Positions 62,796 through 64,000 of a stretch of 64,000 nucleotides of DNA are shown here, piece by piece; the first letter of the stretch is position 1; each line of letters begins with the position of its first letter. Made by a program: the position numbers and the translations under genes. Origin of the DNA: Schmidtea polychroa (taxonomy: Eukaryota). The DNA lies in contig CM097887.1 of NCBI GenBank assembly GCA_044892525.1, positions 106,494,397-106,558,396 of the forward strand, given 5' to 3'. A model generated the notes under the pieces. The model saw only the letters and a list, made by a program, of their open reading frames with translations, did not search any database and was not told where the DNA came from.

Positions 62796-64000
62796 CTATA
62801 ATAAAAAAAATGCGATTTCTTAATTTTTTATAAAAGTTTATTAGTAACATTATTAATTATGAAGTAATTTTCACTTGCGGATCTAATTCAAAATCTAATT
62901 CAAATAAATAAATAATTCCGGTTTCTTTTCACTTGATATGTTTCAAAAAATATAAAAATTCGAGCAAAATTAAAATACTTTTAAAATTTAAAACGTTGAA
63001 CACCGCAGAATTATATGTAATATTTTTTTATATTTCTTTTATAAAAACTTAAATCAAAATTATTTTTATGATATACCAGACAGATCGTAAAATTTTATTT
63101 AANNNNNNNNNNNNNNNNNNNNNNNNNNNNNNNNNNNNNNNNNNNNNNNNNNNNNNNNNNNNNNNNNNNNNNNNNNNNNNNNNNNNNNNNNNNNNNNNNN
63201 NNNNNNNNNNNNNNNNNNNNNNNNNNNNNNNNNNNNNNNNNNNNNNNNNNNNNNNNNNNNTTTTCAACACAAATATTAGTATTAAAATATTAATAATTTT
63301 AACCAATTTTGATATATAGAAATCATAGGCTAAATAATTTTTAAAAAAAAATTTATTATGTAAAATTTAAAAATAAGAAATTTTCCGGTTTCATTTAAAC
63401 AATAAATAATGAAGTGAATAAATAATTTATTTATTATTAGATACAACATTCCCTTTTCCAAGTAAATATTTTTGAAATTTGTTGGATTTTTTTCTAACTC
63501 CATTTAACATTCAATGTGATTCCCTTTTTATGTTATGCTTTGAGATAAACTTCTTGATTTCTGTTTCTGTACTAATAAATGGAGGTAGCGAGAAAATTTT
63601 CCTATCTTAATTGAAACCTAAAAAATCACTAAGTGTTGAATATTTGATTAATTTCTTTCATAATTCGTTTTAAATTTTCGAATAATTCGAATCGTTGCAA
63701 GTAGTCTCGAATCATTTTGTTTTGACTCTAGTAATCCTTTACTTTTTGTTTCAACGGTTTTTTTTCTGGTTGGTATCAGTTTCTATAGTTTAACTAATAA
63801 TATAAATGTGTTGGATAAAAACTAAATTAAGGCTCACGTAAGAGTAATGTGATCGGAAAGCGTCGGAAAATAGCAAGCAGACACAAAATTAAGTAAAGTT
63901 AATCTAAAATCACGTTAAAACATCAAGTAGATGCCATAAAGAGAACTTACACAACATCAAAATGAGAAACCAAAAAGTAAAATCAAATAAAACAAAAAGC

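Overview
AT-rich animal (metazoan) genomic scaffold with spliceosomal introns and seven short N-gaps; I cannot identify the species. Positions 1-30164 are a head-to-tail array of a 2,881-bp unit: about 10.5 copies, only a handful of SNPs, running off the left edge and ending at a 240-N gap. Each unit carries four parts on the + strand. (1) A control-like region with two diverged ~120-bp direct repeats, an 18-bp repeat containing TCAAGGTCA (NR5A/FTZ-F1-type site) and paired CCAAT boxes. (2) A CDK/CMGC-like kinase relic spread over three reading frames. (3) An ORF with a C-terminal transmembrane helix. (4) An unknown domain fused to a REX4/ISG20-type DEDDh exonuclease fold whose catalytic residues are mostly replaced; it is split by a -1 frameshift shared by all ten complete copies and ends in a bipartite-NLS tail. 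Positions 30405-64000 are ordinary AT-rich host DNA. They hold two exons of a natriuretic-peptide-receptor/receptor-guanylyl-cyclase-type gene (- strand, ~14.5-kb first intron) pointing toward the array, two exons of an unknown membrane-protein gene, and many transposon relics (Maverick/Polinton, hAT, pogo/Tigger, piggyBac-type MITE, Ty3/gypsy, palindromic MITEs). The array is the main candidate for an undescribed system; its function is inference only.
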